Virus record (IMG/VR): IMGVR_UViG_3300029787_000005
Span: 1-64,000 of that record
Strand: one strand, 5' to 3'
Length of the DNA stretch: 64,000 nt
From: a virus
In this document: positions 8,761-17,825 of the stretch, in pieces
Numbering within the stretch: the first letter of the stretch is position 1
Layout of the letters: each line of letters begins with the position of its first letter
Program-made: the position numbers and the translations under genes
The notes under the pieces: model-generated
The model's database searches: none
Told to the model about the DNA's origin: nothing
The model's input: the letters and a program-made list of their open reading frames with translations, nothing else

Positions 8761-9831
8761 ATGATGAGAGAGAACACACATATGGAACATTTCGAGGACT
8801 TGTTATTCGAGTCCTGGGGATTTGAGCTGCTTGAGAAATTCAAGTCTAATGATGTTGAGTATACCCGTAAGTGGGATGGTGCTCCTAGTATCTTCTTTGG
8901 TAAGGATGAGGGTGGATATTGGATTGCTCGTAAGGGCATATTCAACAAGATTCCTCTGAAATATTACAAGCGATCCGACTTCGATGATGATCCTAAGTTT
9001 CCTGAAGATCTGAAGACTGCAATGTGGAACACTCTTGTGTATCTACAGAATGCATATATTGGACCATCCAACATTATGGTTCAAGGTGATCTGATGTTCT
9101 ATGGATCTAACGATACGTGGTCTGCATCTGAAACGATTGGCGGACCAGTTAGAGTGTTCCATCCTAATACTATCCGATATGAAACTACTGTTATTCCTAG
9201 AGCTGCTATCGTTGGCGTTGTATGGCATACAATGTATACAGCTGACGAAGTGATATATGGTGCTAAGGTCAAAGAGATGTTTAGGATTACTGATGAGCTT
9301 TGGATGATCAATGCTCATGATGAAGTATCTGAACCTAAGGATATTGATCTTCCACTTCGTATTGTTAAGTCTGTTGTTGGTCGTTATTCTGATCTGTCTG
9401 ATGAAACAAAATCTCTATATAAGATGTGGAGGAATGCTCAGATCAAAGGTACGATTACAAAGGATGATAACATAACAGACTTTATGTTTGATCGTATGTT
9501 GAAAGAAGTAAATTCTGTTAAGGATGCAGATAAGAAAGCTGAGAAGATTGAGAAGTATCGTTCAATTACAAACGAGCTAACTAATGTAATAACTCGTCTC
9601 AACAATGACTATGAGTTGATGATTGATGCGAAAGAAATGTTGTTAATGGAACTGAACAGACAGCCAACGTCTTTCAAGACGTCAGTTGTATGTGCTGGTG
9701 GTATTTACAGACCAGTTGACCATGAGGGCTATGCAATGTATACTGAAGGATATGCTGCAAAGCTAGTGAACCGAGAAGAGTTTTCTAAGAATAACTTCTC
9801 CGATGACATCTTGAAAGGATGGCAAAAATGA
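8761..9831 (+). CDS. DUF6267-like protein with ligase/nucleotidyltransferase-type motifs
   Basis: HxEHxED, KWDGAP (KxDG motif I), QGDLMF, HEGY and AKLV.R..FS. Confidence 0.7.
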   Translation: MMRENTHMEHFEDLLFESWGFELLEKFKSNDVEYTRKWDGAPSIFFGKDEGGYWIARKGIFNKIPLKYYKRSDFDDDPKFPEDLKTAMWNTLVYLQNAYIGPSNIMVQGDLMFYGSNDTWSASETIGGPVRVFHPNTIRYETTVIPRAAIVGVVWHTMYTADEVIYGAKVKEMFRITDELWMINAHDEVSEPKDIDLPLRIVKSVVGRYSDLSDETKSLYKMWRNAQIKGTITKDDNITDFMFDRMLKEVNSVKDADKKAEKIEKYRSITNELTNVITRLNNDYELMIDAKEMLLMELNRQPTSFKTSVVCAGGIYRPVDHEGYAMYTEGYAAKLVNREEFSKNNFSDDILKGWQK

Positions 9832-10418
9832 AAGCAATGTTGATAGTCGCGTTAATGGGATTGGCACAGCCACATCAGGTCGTGTATGATTCAATGGAGC
9901 AGTGTATTGCTTCTAAAGTAGTTGTTGAAAAGCAAGAGATGGTAGAGGGTGCAGCTTGTGTACCACATCAGAATATTGCAAAACAACTAGAAGATCCAAT
10001 GAAGATAATTCTAGGTTTCATGAAGCAAATCAAACAACGACATAAGTGTGAAGATATGCAGAATATGATTCTGTTGGAAGAATGCTTAAAGAAGCCAATC
10101 AAGCTACCTCAAACAATGCATGAGCCTAGTAAGCTACCAGGACCATCTTGGCCTGAAGGAGTAAAGGTTCCTTGTCGTTGTGATATTCTAGCAATACCAT
10201 ATGACTTATGCTTGAAAGGTATTGGTAGAGAAGAGTGCTTTAAAAAAGAAAAGCCTAAGCAATCATCTGAGGCACCTAAGGTTACACTTCCAAAAGTTGT
10301 AGATCCTAAGAACTTTGTATTCAAACGTGAACCAAAGAATCATTGGGAAGATAAGTGGAACTTCTCTGATAACAAACACAGAGAGTATGTTGAGTCGGAG
10401 AGAAAGTTTAAGTGGTAG
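9828..10418 (+). CDS. hypothetical protein with N-terminal signal-like segment
   Basis: MKAMLIVALMGLAQP; several Cys. Confidence 0.6.
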   Translation: MKAMLIVALMGLAQPHQVVYDSMEQCIASKVVVEKQEMVEGAACVPHQNIAKQLEDPMKIILGFMKQIKQRHKCEDMQNMILLEECLKKPIKLPQTMHEPSKLPGPSWPEGVKVPCRCDILAIPYDLCLKGIGREECFKKEKPKQSSEAPKVTLPKVVDPKNFVFKREPKNHWEDKWNFSDNKHREYVESERKFKW

Positions 10419-10885
10419 AGTACCGTCCTTTAAATGAGGATCTAATAACCTCTGATGTCTGCATCCAATGTGGTCGATGTTGTAAGACTACATGGTTGCA
10501 GCCTCGGTGGAATAAAGCTGAACGTAATAGAGAAAAATATGGAGATCGTGTTGACAAGATGCCATATTTGAGAGAAATGTTTAGCCAGAGTACGACTACT
10601 TTTGTTGAAGAGAGAGGTGATACGGCCGCTGTTATAACATGGTGTCCTAATCTGAAACAAGATGCATTTTGCCCAACAAAAGATTGGGATGGTAATCCAA
10701 CCTATAAGTGTAGTATATACAAAAATAGACCTGATGTATGTAGTGCGTACAATTGTTTTACAGCAGCTAATGGTCAAAAGAGAAATCCAGAATACTTTGA
10801 ATTCATAAAAGGATTGATTGAGAGGGTACATGGTACAGATCCATATCAAAGGCGGACGGAAGAGTCAGAGAAGCAAGATAAGTGA
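10412..10885 (+). CDS. YkgJ-family CxxCxxCC cysteine-cluster protein
   Basis: CIQCGRCC ... CPNL ... CSIYKNRPDVCSAY. Confidence 0.85.
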   Translation: MVEYRPLNEDLITSDVCIQCGRCCKTTWLQPRWNKAERNREKYGDRVDKMPYLREMFSQSTTTFVEERGDTAAVITWCPNLKQDAFCPTKDWDGNPTYKCSIYKNRPDVCSAYNCFTAANGQKRNPEYFEFIKGLIERVHGTDPYQRRTEESEKQDK

Positions 10886-11273
10886 TGCTATCGTATTTGC
10901 TGCTTACGAGTTATGTCATTGGCGTATGGCTGACAACTTAGAGATAAATGTCGAGCTAAAAAAGATTCATGGCACACCAGTAGGATTCTGTATGTGGGCT
11001 GATGATAATATCAAGCCAAGAGAGTTTGATATTGAGATAGACAAAACACAAAATGATGAAGAGCTTCTTGTTACTGTAATGCATGAGATGGTACATGCAA
11101 GTCAGTATGCAAAAGGTCATCTACGTGAGAGGTTCATGCCACGTCACAGGGTTGTCTGGATGGATGGCAATAAGGTTTACGACAATACTAAATACAAGGA
11201 CTTGCCTTGGGAGCAGGAGGCTTACCAATTGCAAGAAGTATTGTATGAAAATTTTATTGAGAGGAGATGCTAA
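10830..11273 (+). CDS. zincin-type metallopeptidase (HExxH)
   Basis: MHEMVH..Q...G and Y.DLPWE.EAY motifs. Confidence 0.75.
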   Translation: MVQIHIKGGRKSQRSKISDAIVFAAYELCHWRMADNLEINVELKKIHGTPVGFCMWADDNIKPREFDIEIDKTQNDEELLVTVMHEMVHASQYAKGHLRERFMPRHRVVWMDGNKVYDNTKYKDLPWEQEAYQLQEVLYENFIERRC

Positions 11274-12074
11274 TTGAACGTACCATCTGCTGCCCCTGAA
11301 GGAGCATCCAAACGAAGTGCCAAGGATGTTATGAAGAAGGCATCCACAAAGAATTTATTCAGACATTTTAAAAACAAAACCCCAATACTAGAAGAAGCTA
11401 GAGAGTATCTAGATTCAATTACTGGACCAGAAGGTGATTGGTTTGAAACTGAGCACTGGGATCCAACAAACAAATATGCATTCCATCATGCATACTTTCC
11501 TAAAGAGCTTATGTTCAAATGTCCTCTTTCTACATTCATCTATGAGAGGTTTGGTGAAATCCAACCTTGGATCTTAGGTGTTGGTCCTGGTGTTCAATTT
11601 GAACAGCATGTTGACCAATCCAAAGGTGCATCAATGAACTATGCTATCAGACCTCGTGGTCAAGTTATAACAACATTCAGACACTCAAATTATCATCGTA
11701 GATTCCAACAACAGATAGGTGGTATGGAATATTGTGATGAAGGTGGTGTTGTTCTACTTAATAATATGAAACCTCACAGTGTAATCAACTGGAGTCATGA
11801 ACCATCGTTTACATTTACAATACCGTGCGTATTGAAACGACCAGACTTTGATGATCTATTTGAGGATGGTGTGTATGAGTATCTTGCTAATGTAAAGGAA
11901 GATGGCACATACAGACCAGGGCAAGACTTAAACATGCCTTCAAATGATTCGTTGACTCCACAACATTTAGAGATTATAATATTTAACAAAGTCTTGAAAA
12001 TCTTAGTAGAGGAAGGTGGGTTTGAAATAGATGAACATTTTCGTGGTGGACAAAAATCCAAGAATAGCAGCTAG
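11274..12074 (+). CDS. hypothetical protein, cupin/Fe(II)-oxygenase-like
   Basis: HVD...NYAI...LLN...PHSV.N, an HxD...H triad pattern. Confidence 0.5.
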   Translation: MNVPSAAPEGASKRSAKDVMKKASTKNLFRHFKNKTPILEEAREYLDSITGPEGDWFETEHWDPTNKYAFHHAYFPKELMFKCPLSTFIYERFGEIQPWILGVGPGVQFEQHVDQSKGASMNYAIRPRGQVITTFRHSNYHRRFQQQIGGMEYCDEGGVVLLNNMKPHSVINWSHEPSFTFTIPCVLKRPDFDDLFEDGVYEYLANVKEDGTYRPGQDLNMPSNDSLTPQHLEIIIFNKVLKILVEEGGFEIDEHFRGGQKSKNSS

Positions 12075-12549
12075 GTCATTATGTGATCAGCATGTTGTTA
12101 AAATGCTTATTGAAAATTGTCAAATGTTGTCAGCAGTATTGGATGTTACTTATTCTGATAAGTATCGTGGTGGTGATGGGGATCCTCACGTCACTCTCGG
12201 GTTGGCTAATTATCCAAAGTCTGTTAGGAAGCACCCTTGTACTTTGTGGCTGATGGAATCTATTAACAATGTTAAGTGGTTGATAGCACATCATAGAGAA
12301 ATGATTATGGAGTATACAAGGCGGTATGGTAAGAACCATAAATATGAAGGTACTCCAATGATCTACGAAGCTCAATTGAAGTACACTGATCTACCTGCTG
12401 TGAAAGGTACACCATTTGTTAATGCTAACACTAACTTCAAACACATTGAGGATACCGTGGAAGCATATAGGACCTGTTACAATATTGAAAAGTCTAAGTT
12501 TGCAAGGTGGAAATATTGTGAGCCACCTAAATGGTATCAGCCAGCTTAG
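12031..12549 (+). CDS. pyrimidine-dimer DNA glycosylase / endonuclease V-like
   Basis: MNIF.VD..P..AA..LCD.HVVKM..E..QMLS, HPCT.W, EY..RYGK.H. Confidence 0.8.
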   Translation: MNIFVVDKNPRIAARSLCDQHVVKMLIENCQMLSAVLDVTYSDKYRGGDGDPHVTLGLANYPKSVRKHPCTLWLMESINNVKWLIAHHREMIMEYTRRYGKNHKYEGTPMIYEAQLKYTDLPAVKGTPFVNANTNFKHIEDTVEAYRTCYNIEKSKFARWKYCEPPKWYQPA

Positions 12550-12560
12550 CGGAGAAAAGA

Positions 12561-13319
12561 TTGAAGAAAATAGATGAAGATGAAGAGGCATGGGTTGCGT
12601 TCCCACACCATAGATGGGTATTCAATAAATTACAAGTAGCATTGAAGTTGGGTTATGCGGCTGGCCCTGCCTGCGTTCCTGTTCAGCATGATGGGATGTA
12701 TATTGTAAGACCAATATACAATTTATATGGTATGAGTGTTGGAGCTAAGAAGCAGTGGCTCCGAATACAAGATGCTGAGGATATAAAAAGCCACAAGTTT
12801 ATGCCCGCAGGACATTTCTGGTGTGAGTTTTTTGAAGGTACTCACTACTCTATTGACTATCGTTGGGTTGAAGATGGTAAAGGTGGCATACATAGTCACT
12901 GGGAACCATTCTGCACGACAATAGGAAAGTGCCATCCAGACCAGATGTGGAAGTTTACACACTGGCAAACTATAGAGAGCTTTCCTCATATTTTACCTAA
13001 CTGGCTAGATGATTTTAGCGACTGTGGTGTTATAAATATTGAGTGGAAGAGAAATGGATCTCCATACAATCATGGTGGATCAGCTTTAGATAATAGGCTG
13101 CTTGAGATTCATTTACGATCTGGTAATGATGTCGTACATGAAGGTCCCGTGGGAACTGAAATGATACCTGTCTGGCAAAGTGATGGTATACGGCTTATAA
13201 AGAAGTATGAAGCACAAGGATGGGTCTACCATAACAACTATATCAAGGGAGAGATATATCACGCAGATGGCCAGATCTCAGATCCAAGAGTTGGTTACTT
13301 AACGAGATGCAAATTGTAA
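12561..13319 (+). CDS. ATP-grasp-like hypothetical protein
   Basis: YIVRP..N..G.S.GA, W.EF..G.H.S.D, INIEW and LEIHLR (ExNxR-like) pattern; TTG start after GGAG. Confidence 0.5.
   Translation: MKKIDEDEEAWVAFPHHRWVFNKLQVALKLGYAAGPACVPVQHDGMYIVRPIYNLYGMSVGAKKQWLRIQDAEDIKSHKFMPAGHFWCEFFEGTHYSIDYRWVEDGKGGIHSHWEPFCTTIGKCHPDQMWKFTHWQTIESFPHILPNWLDDFSDCGVINIEWKRNGSPYNHGGSALDNRLLEIHLRSGNDVVHEGPVGTEMIPVWQSDGIRLIKKYEAQGWVYHNNYIKGEIYHADGQISDPRVGYLTRCKL
13031..13038 (+). promoter_or_regulatory. T4-type late promoter
   Basis: TATAAATA, ~270 bp upstream of the B12 radical SAM gene. Confidence 0.45.
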
Positions 13320-14869
13320 TCTTCACAGAGGTTAGTTATCCAGGTTTTGGTAGATATGCAGGAACATATAGAGTAGCCACAGAACTTAGAGACTCAGGAT
13401 ACACAGTCCAGGTCATTGAGTTCTTTACTCGTATGGATAAAGATGAACTACTCAAAGTCATTGATAAGTTTGTTACAAAGGAGACCAAGCTAGTTGGTTT
13501 CTCTTGCACATTCTTTTTACCTAAAGCTATGGGCTGGGGTGGAAGATCAAAGATTAGAAAACTTATCAATACACAAAATATTGATGATGCACTAGATGAA
13601 ACAACACCATCTCCAGGAAGTAAAGTATCAACTGAAAGACATATGTCTACTGATGCAGCAACAGTCTCTGGTGTATCTAATCTGTTGTTTGGTAGAGATG
13701 ATATGTTTGAGATATTTGATCGTATCAAAGAAAGAGGTAATCCACGTATGATGGTTGGAGGTGCCAGAGCTTATCTTGCTGAAGATCCTCCATTCAACTC
13801 TGAGATAGACTATGTTATAAGAGGCCAAGCTGATACATCTGTTGTAGCTTTAGCTGATCATATATTCTATAATGCTGATCTCAAGATAGGATATCAAAAA
13901 GGCAAATGTAAGATTATTGAAGAAAAGGATTATCCGGTAGATGATTTTACTATATCAAGAATAAGATATACCGATAGTGATATCATTATGCCAAAAGAAG
14001 TGTTGCCTTTAGAACTTGCTAGAGGTTGTATATTCAAATGTGCATTCTGCTCATACAATCTTATTGGTAAGAAAGTTTGGGAGTTCAATAGAAACCCAGA
14101 TCTGGTTGCAAGAGATCTCCAAGAGATGTATGATAAGTATGGATCCACAGGATTCATGGTGTGTGACGACACGTATAACGACTCTATAGACAAGGTAGAG
14201 AGGTTCCATAAGGCATTCACTAGCCTGAACTTCCAACCCACCTTCTCAACGTATGCTAGGGCGGATATGATGGTGTCTAAGCCAGAGACAATGCCTTTAT
14301 TATATGAGAGTGGTATGCGTAGTGTGTTCTTTGGTATTGAGACATTGAACCACCGAGCTGGTAAAGCTATTGGTAAAGGTATGGATCCTGAAAAGATAAA
14401 GGATGGGTTATTTAAAGCTAAAGCTACTCCTGGCTGGAATGAGATCGTAACAACATCTGGTTTTATTATTGGATTGCCTTATGAGACTGAAGAGTCTATA
14501 CATGAAACATATCAATGGTTATTGAGAGATGATTGTCCACTAGATTCATTTAGTCCTACAGCTCTAACAATCAGTCCAGATTCTTCAATGGGATTGAATA
14601 TGGCTAAATACGGATATCAATGGGATGAGAATGGTAGCTGGTATAGTGAATGGATGACAGAGCAACAAGCTAAAGATCTGGCAATGTATTATTCCAGACA
14701 GCTTGTGAAGAAGAAAAGAGCTAGGTTCCAGTTTACATTCTTTGGCAGGATGCAAAATATTGGATGGACATTACAAGATTTTGATAATGAAAGATTCACT
14801 AATGATGAAAGTGACAGACGTAAAGATGTTGTTCAATATAACTACTTAGAACGATTAATGAACTTGTGA
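13307..14869 (+). CDS. cobalamin-dependent (B12-binding) radical SAM enzyme
   Basis: N-terminal B12-binding-like region (LVGFS.TF, VGGA, GQAD); RGCIFKCAFC; DDT.N; FGIETL; FIIGLP.ET.ES. Confidence 0.9.
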   Translation: MQIVIFTEVSYPGFGRYAGTYRVATELRDSGYTVQVIEFFTRMDKDELLKVIDKFVTKETKLVGFSCTFFLPKAMGWGGRSKIRKLINTQNIDDALDETTPSPGSKVSTERHMSTDAATVSGVSNLLFGRDDMFEIFDRIKERGNPRMMVGGARAYLAEDPPFNSEIDYVIRGQADTSVVALADHIFYNADLKIGYQKGKCKIIEEKDYPVDDFTISRIRYTDSDIIMPKEVLPLELARGCIFKCAFCSYNLIGKKVWEFNRNPDLVARDLQEMYDKYGSTGFMVCDDTYNDSIDKVERFHKAFTSLNFQPTFSTYARADMMVSKPETMPLLYESGMRSVFFGIETLNHRAGKAIGKGMDPEKIKDGLFKAKATPGWNEIVTTSGFIIGLPYETEESIHETYQWLLRDDCPLDSFSPTALTISPDSSMGLNMAKYGYQWDENGSWYSEWMTEQQAKDLAMYYSRQLVKKKRARFQFTFFGRMQNIGWTLQDFDNERFTNDESDRRKDVVQYNYLERLMNL

Positions 14870-14875
14870 GGTGAC

Positions 14876-15751
14876 ATGAAAGTAGATCAGTGGGAAGTGT
14901 GTATGAATGCAGCTCAAGAAATTGTTCTTAGCAGCTCAAACGGTATATTGCATGATCAAGTTGATCAGTGGCACAATAAAGGATATTTCATAGTTAAGAA
15001 TGTCAATCTACCAGGAGAGGTCAATTCACTAAGAGATGCTTCAAGACAAGCAGAAGACATCAATGACGATAGATTTTTTGGTGAATATGATGGACGTGCA
15101 AGGACAGTTTGGGCACCACATTGGGAAGACTGGGGTAAGTGGTTAGAACACTATGCAAGGAATAATCCAGTACTTCCTGTAGTTAAATATTTAATGGGTG
15201 GCCAGGTTTATATAAACCAATTGCATTTCAACTACAAGCTAGCCAATGGTGGTGGAGCATTTGGATGGCATTCTGATTATACTGTATTCAAGTATCATGA
15301 TAAATGGCAGAATATGAATGGACTTAGTGTGTTCTTCATGCTTGATGATATGAATGAGACTAATGGTCAGTTTCATTTTGCACCAGGGAGTCATAAAGTT
15401 GATCTTCAGTTACAAGAAGGTTTTGATTTACCAGATAGCTTTACTCATGCAGAATATGGTGACAATCCTAGCCATGATAGAGGAAGCACGTCTTCCGATA
15501 CATTCACTGCACCCAGTTATGTTGGAGGACCTGCAGATGGTCCTACATACCCAATTGAAAGAATAGAAGCCAAAGCTGGTGATGCTTTAGTCTTTCATTC
15601 TAATGTGTGGCATATGAGTCCTAAGAATCTTTCAAAGAAGGATCGACGTACTTTCTGCGTATGTTACAATCACATAGACAATAAAACGCAGTGGCCTATC
15701 ACAAATGACCGTAAGAAATGGATGACTCTTAAAGACTTCACTCCTATTTAA
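14876..15751 (+). CDS. PhyH/EctD-like Fe(II)/2OG dioxygenase
   Basis: FGWHSD (EctD-like FxWHSD), LDD....NG.....PGSH, GDA..FHSN.WH.S..N.S...R. Confidence 0.85.
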   Translation: MKVDQWEVCMNAAQEIVLSSSNGILHDQVDQWHNKGYFIVKNVNLPGEVNSLRDASRQAEDINDDRFFGEYDGRARTVWAPHWEDWGKWLEHYARNNPVLPVVKYLMGGQVYINQLHFNYKLANGGGAFGWHSDYTVFKYHDKWQNMNGLSVFFMLDDMNETNGQFHFAPGSHKVDLQLQEGFDLPDSFTHAEYGDNPSHDRGSTSSDTFTAPSYVGGPADGPTYPIERIEAKAGDALVFHSNVWHMSPKNLSKKDRRTFCVCYNHIDNKTQWPITNDRKKWMTLKDFTPI

Positions 15752-15759
15752 TATAAATA
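15752..15759 (+). promoter_or_regulatory. T4-type late promoter
   Basis: TATAAATA immediately upstream of the riboswitch. Confidence 0.7.
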
Positions 15760-15763
15760 GATA

Positions 15764-15810
15764 TACGTTCACCCATATAGGGCGGAAGTAGCGAAAGCGA
15801 AGGAACGCAT
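15764..15810 (+). ncRNA. glutamine riboswitch (glnA RNA motif), minimal form
   Basis: CGTTC...GAACG P1, CCC-ATATA-GGG P2, CGGAAGTA E-loop, GC-GAAA-GC P3 and GAAGGAACGC, matching the glnA-motif consensus. Confidence 0.85.
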
Positions 15811-15836
15811 CTTACTTTTAACAAAAGGAGGGTGCT

Positions 15837-16043
15837 GTGAGATATGCAATCTTAAACCAATATCTTAAAAAAGAACGTACAAAAAAAAGCCACATAGCTT
15901 TATTGAAAACTCGAGGTAATTTATTATGTCAACAGAACAGCAAGGTGGGATCAAACCTGAAATATTTCCTGACCACGTTGAGCTTGAATTTACCTTTACT
16001 GAAAACGAGCTATCGTTCAGGGATGCTTTTCTCGAGACGTTAA
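15837..16043 (+). CDS. small basic peptide downstream of riboswitch
   Basis: AAGGAGG RBS and GTG start directly after the riboswitch; overlaps the next gene. Confidence 0.5.
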   Translation: MRYAILNQYLKKERTKKSHIALLKTRGNLLCQQNSKVGSNLKYFLTTLSLNLPLLKTSYRSGMLFSRR

Positions 16044-16885
16044 TTGATATTGCCAGCAAGACCACAAAAGAGTTAGTAATATGCTTTAGTGGTGGAGCAG
16101 ACTCACAATTAGTAAAGTGGGGTTTCGATTATCTCGAAATCCCACATAGAGTCATGCATCAAAGATATCTATTAAATGGTGCTTATCTAAACTGGGAAGA
16201 AGCTGGTTTAGTTCCACCAGAGACAGAGTTTGTAGATATAGATGTAAAGAAGTATCAGAAGTCTAAATTCTTTCAAGATAGATTTGTTAAAGAGTTTCCA
16301 ACTAGTGTGCACTCATCTATTCAATGTGATCTAGATGGTAAGTACGATCCCAATGATATATTCTTAGTTAGTTGTTCATCACCATACAACATATACAAAT
16401 TTGGTTGGAGAGAAGACAAGAGATGGTCTTTTGCTCCATCTAATCTATGGAAGACAATTGGTTTCAGAGAGTATGATTACACTGGTGTATTCTATGATAA
16501 TCCATCAGTGTGTTATGCCCTGTTTGATGATCTTTACAAACAACAATCAAGAGAGTTGGAACAAGGTAAGTGGGAATATTGGTACAAGCATACGTTTTTT
16601 GAACATCACTTTCCAGAAGTGTCTGACAAGATAAAGCAGAAGCTCAATAACGATAAGTTTCCATACTTTTCAGATCTAGTATATGATAGAACAAGAGGCA
16701 TATATCAATATGATATAAATGATAATAGGTACTTGTATGACTGTTATCCTCAAAGGTCATTTATTGGTGTGGAGATGGAAGAGTTTTTTGAGCGTATAGA
16801 AAAAGGAACTACAGTAATGAAGTTTAGTCGTGAATGGTGTAGGTTGGGAGATCAAATAGTTGTTGACACTCCAATCATCGAATGA
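15926..16885 (+). CDS. PP-loop (adenine nucleotide alpha-hydrolase) family protein
   Basis: ICFSGGADS PP-loop. Confidence 0.65.
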   Translation: MSTEQQGGIKPEIFPDHVELEFTFTENELSFRDAFLETLIDIASKTTKELVICFSGGADSQLVKWGFDYLEIPHRVMHQRYLLNGAYLNWEEAGLVPPETEFVDIDVKKYQKSKFFQDRFVKEFPTSVHSSIQCDLDGKYDPNDIFLVSCSSPYNIYKFGWREDKRWSFAPSNLWKTIGFREYDYTGVFYDNPSVCYALFDDLYKQQSRELEQGKWEYWYKHTFFEHHFPEVSDKIKQKLNNDKFPYFSDLVYDRTRGIYQYDINDNRYLYDCYPQRSFIGVEMEEFFERIEKGTTVMKFSREWCRLGDQIVVDTPIIE

Positions 16886-17513
16886 TAGACTTGTTCAAAT
16901 ACCCTATAGGCAAGAACAGAGGGTTGGAATACTCTTATCAGGGGGTATGGACTCAGGTCTTCTACTTAACTTGCTTGATATTGCTTGTACTGATTGCACT
17001 TTTGTAATCTTTACAATGGACAAGCCTGATGGCAGTCTAAAGTATTCTGCAGACATTATACAAAAGAGTAAGTTAAGAAACAAATGGGAACAACACATAG
17101 TTAAAGGTGGAAAGGAAAATGAGATTGCTTCGTTGGGTATTACAGGTAAAACTGCATTTAGACACATTCTTGATGATTATATCACCGACTTGGATGTACT
17201 GTACAGCGGCAATACTTCTAATCCTCCTCAATCTCTTATGTCAACTACCGCACCCCCAGACAGGTCAGTAGCAAACAAAGCTGTAGAAAAGTATGATAAG
17301 TTTGAAATACCATTCATTGAATTGAACAAAGCTGAAACTATTGATCTGGTAAAGAGGCTTGATATAGAATGGTTGTTTGAAGCCTCACATACGTGTACTG
17401 AGTTTGATGTTGGCAGATGTTATCAACAAACAGAAACAATACATTGTTGGCAGTGTATGGAAAGACAATGGGGCTTCATAGAAAACAATATGAGAGATCC
17501 CGGTACAAAATAG
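16860..17513 (+). CDS. QueC-like PP-loop ATPase with Zn-binding Cys cluster
   Basis: LLSGGMDS, PF..L.K.E, SHTC...C...C..C.ER.WGF. Confidence 0.75.
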   Translation: MLTLQSSNDRLVQIPYRQEQRVGILLSGGMDSGLLLNLLDIACTDCTFVIFTMDKPDGSLKYSADIIQKSKLRNKWEQHIVKGGKENEIASLGITGKTAFRHILDDYITDLDVLYSGNTSNPPQSLMSTTAPPDRSVANKAVEKYDKFEIPFIELNKAETIDLVKRLDIEWLFEASHTCTEFDVGRCYQQTETIHCWQCMERQWGFIENNMRDPGTK

Positions 17514-17542
17514 TTGACTAAATACCACGTTAGTAGTATTAT
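17514..17542 (+). promoter_or_regulatory. sigma70-like promoter upstream of carbamoyltransferase/radical SAM operon
   Basis: TTGACT-N17-TATTAT. Confidence 0.65.
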
Positions 17543-17570
17543 ACAATTATAATTGCTTGATAAGGAGTAT

Positions 17571-17825
17571 ATGATGGCAAAAGACGATACAGATATGAGT
17601 CATATCGATCAAAGGCTATTTAAGATGGCTGCGATGATTGATACAACAATCCGATATAACTGTGATGGTATGGAACTCGATGAGTTTGAGCAAAACTATC
17701 TCAATGTCTGGTTGAAGAAAGAACGGGATCCTTTGATTGTCGTTATTCTAGCAACACTAACTGGTGCTAGAGATCCTAATGCGGACGTTGATGGTGAAGT
17801 GGAAGCAGAAGCAGATGCAGCATGA
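17571..17825 (+). CDS. small acidic protein (ends ...EAEADAA)
   Basis: TAAGGAG RBS; ATGA overlap with the carbamoyltransferase. Confidence 0.75.
   Translation: MMAKDDTDMSHIDQRLFKMAAMIDTTIRYNCDGMELDEFEQNYLNVWLKKERDPLIVVILATLTGARDPNADVDGEVEAEADAA

Noticed and set aside
14876-15751. Assigning gene symbol ectD
   Set aside because: The signature diverges after WHSD (YTVFKYHD instead of FETWHxEDG) and no ectABC genes are present
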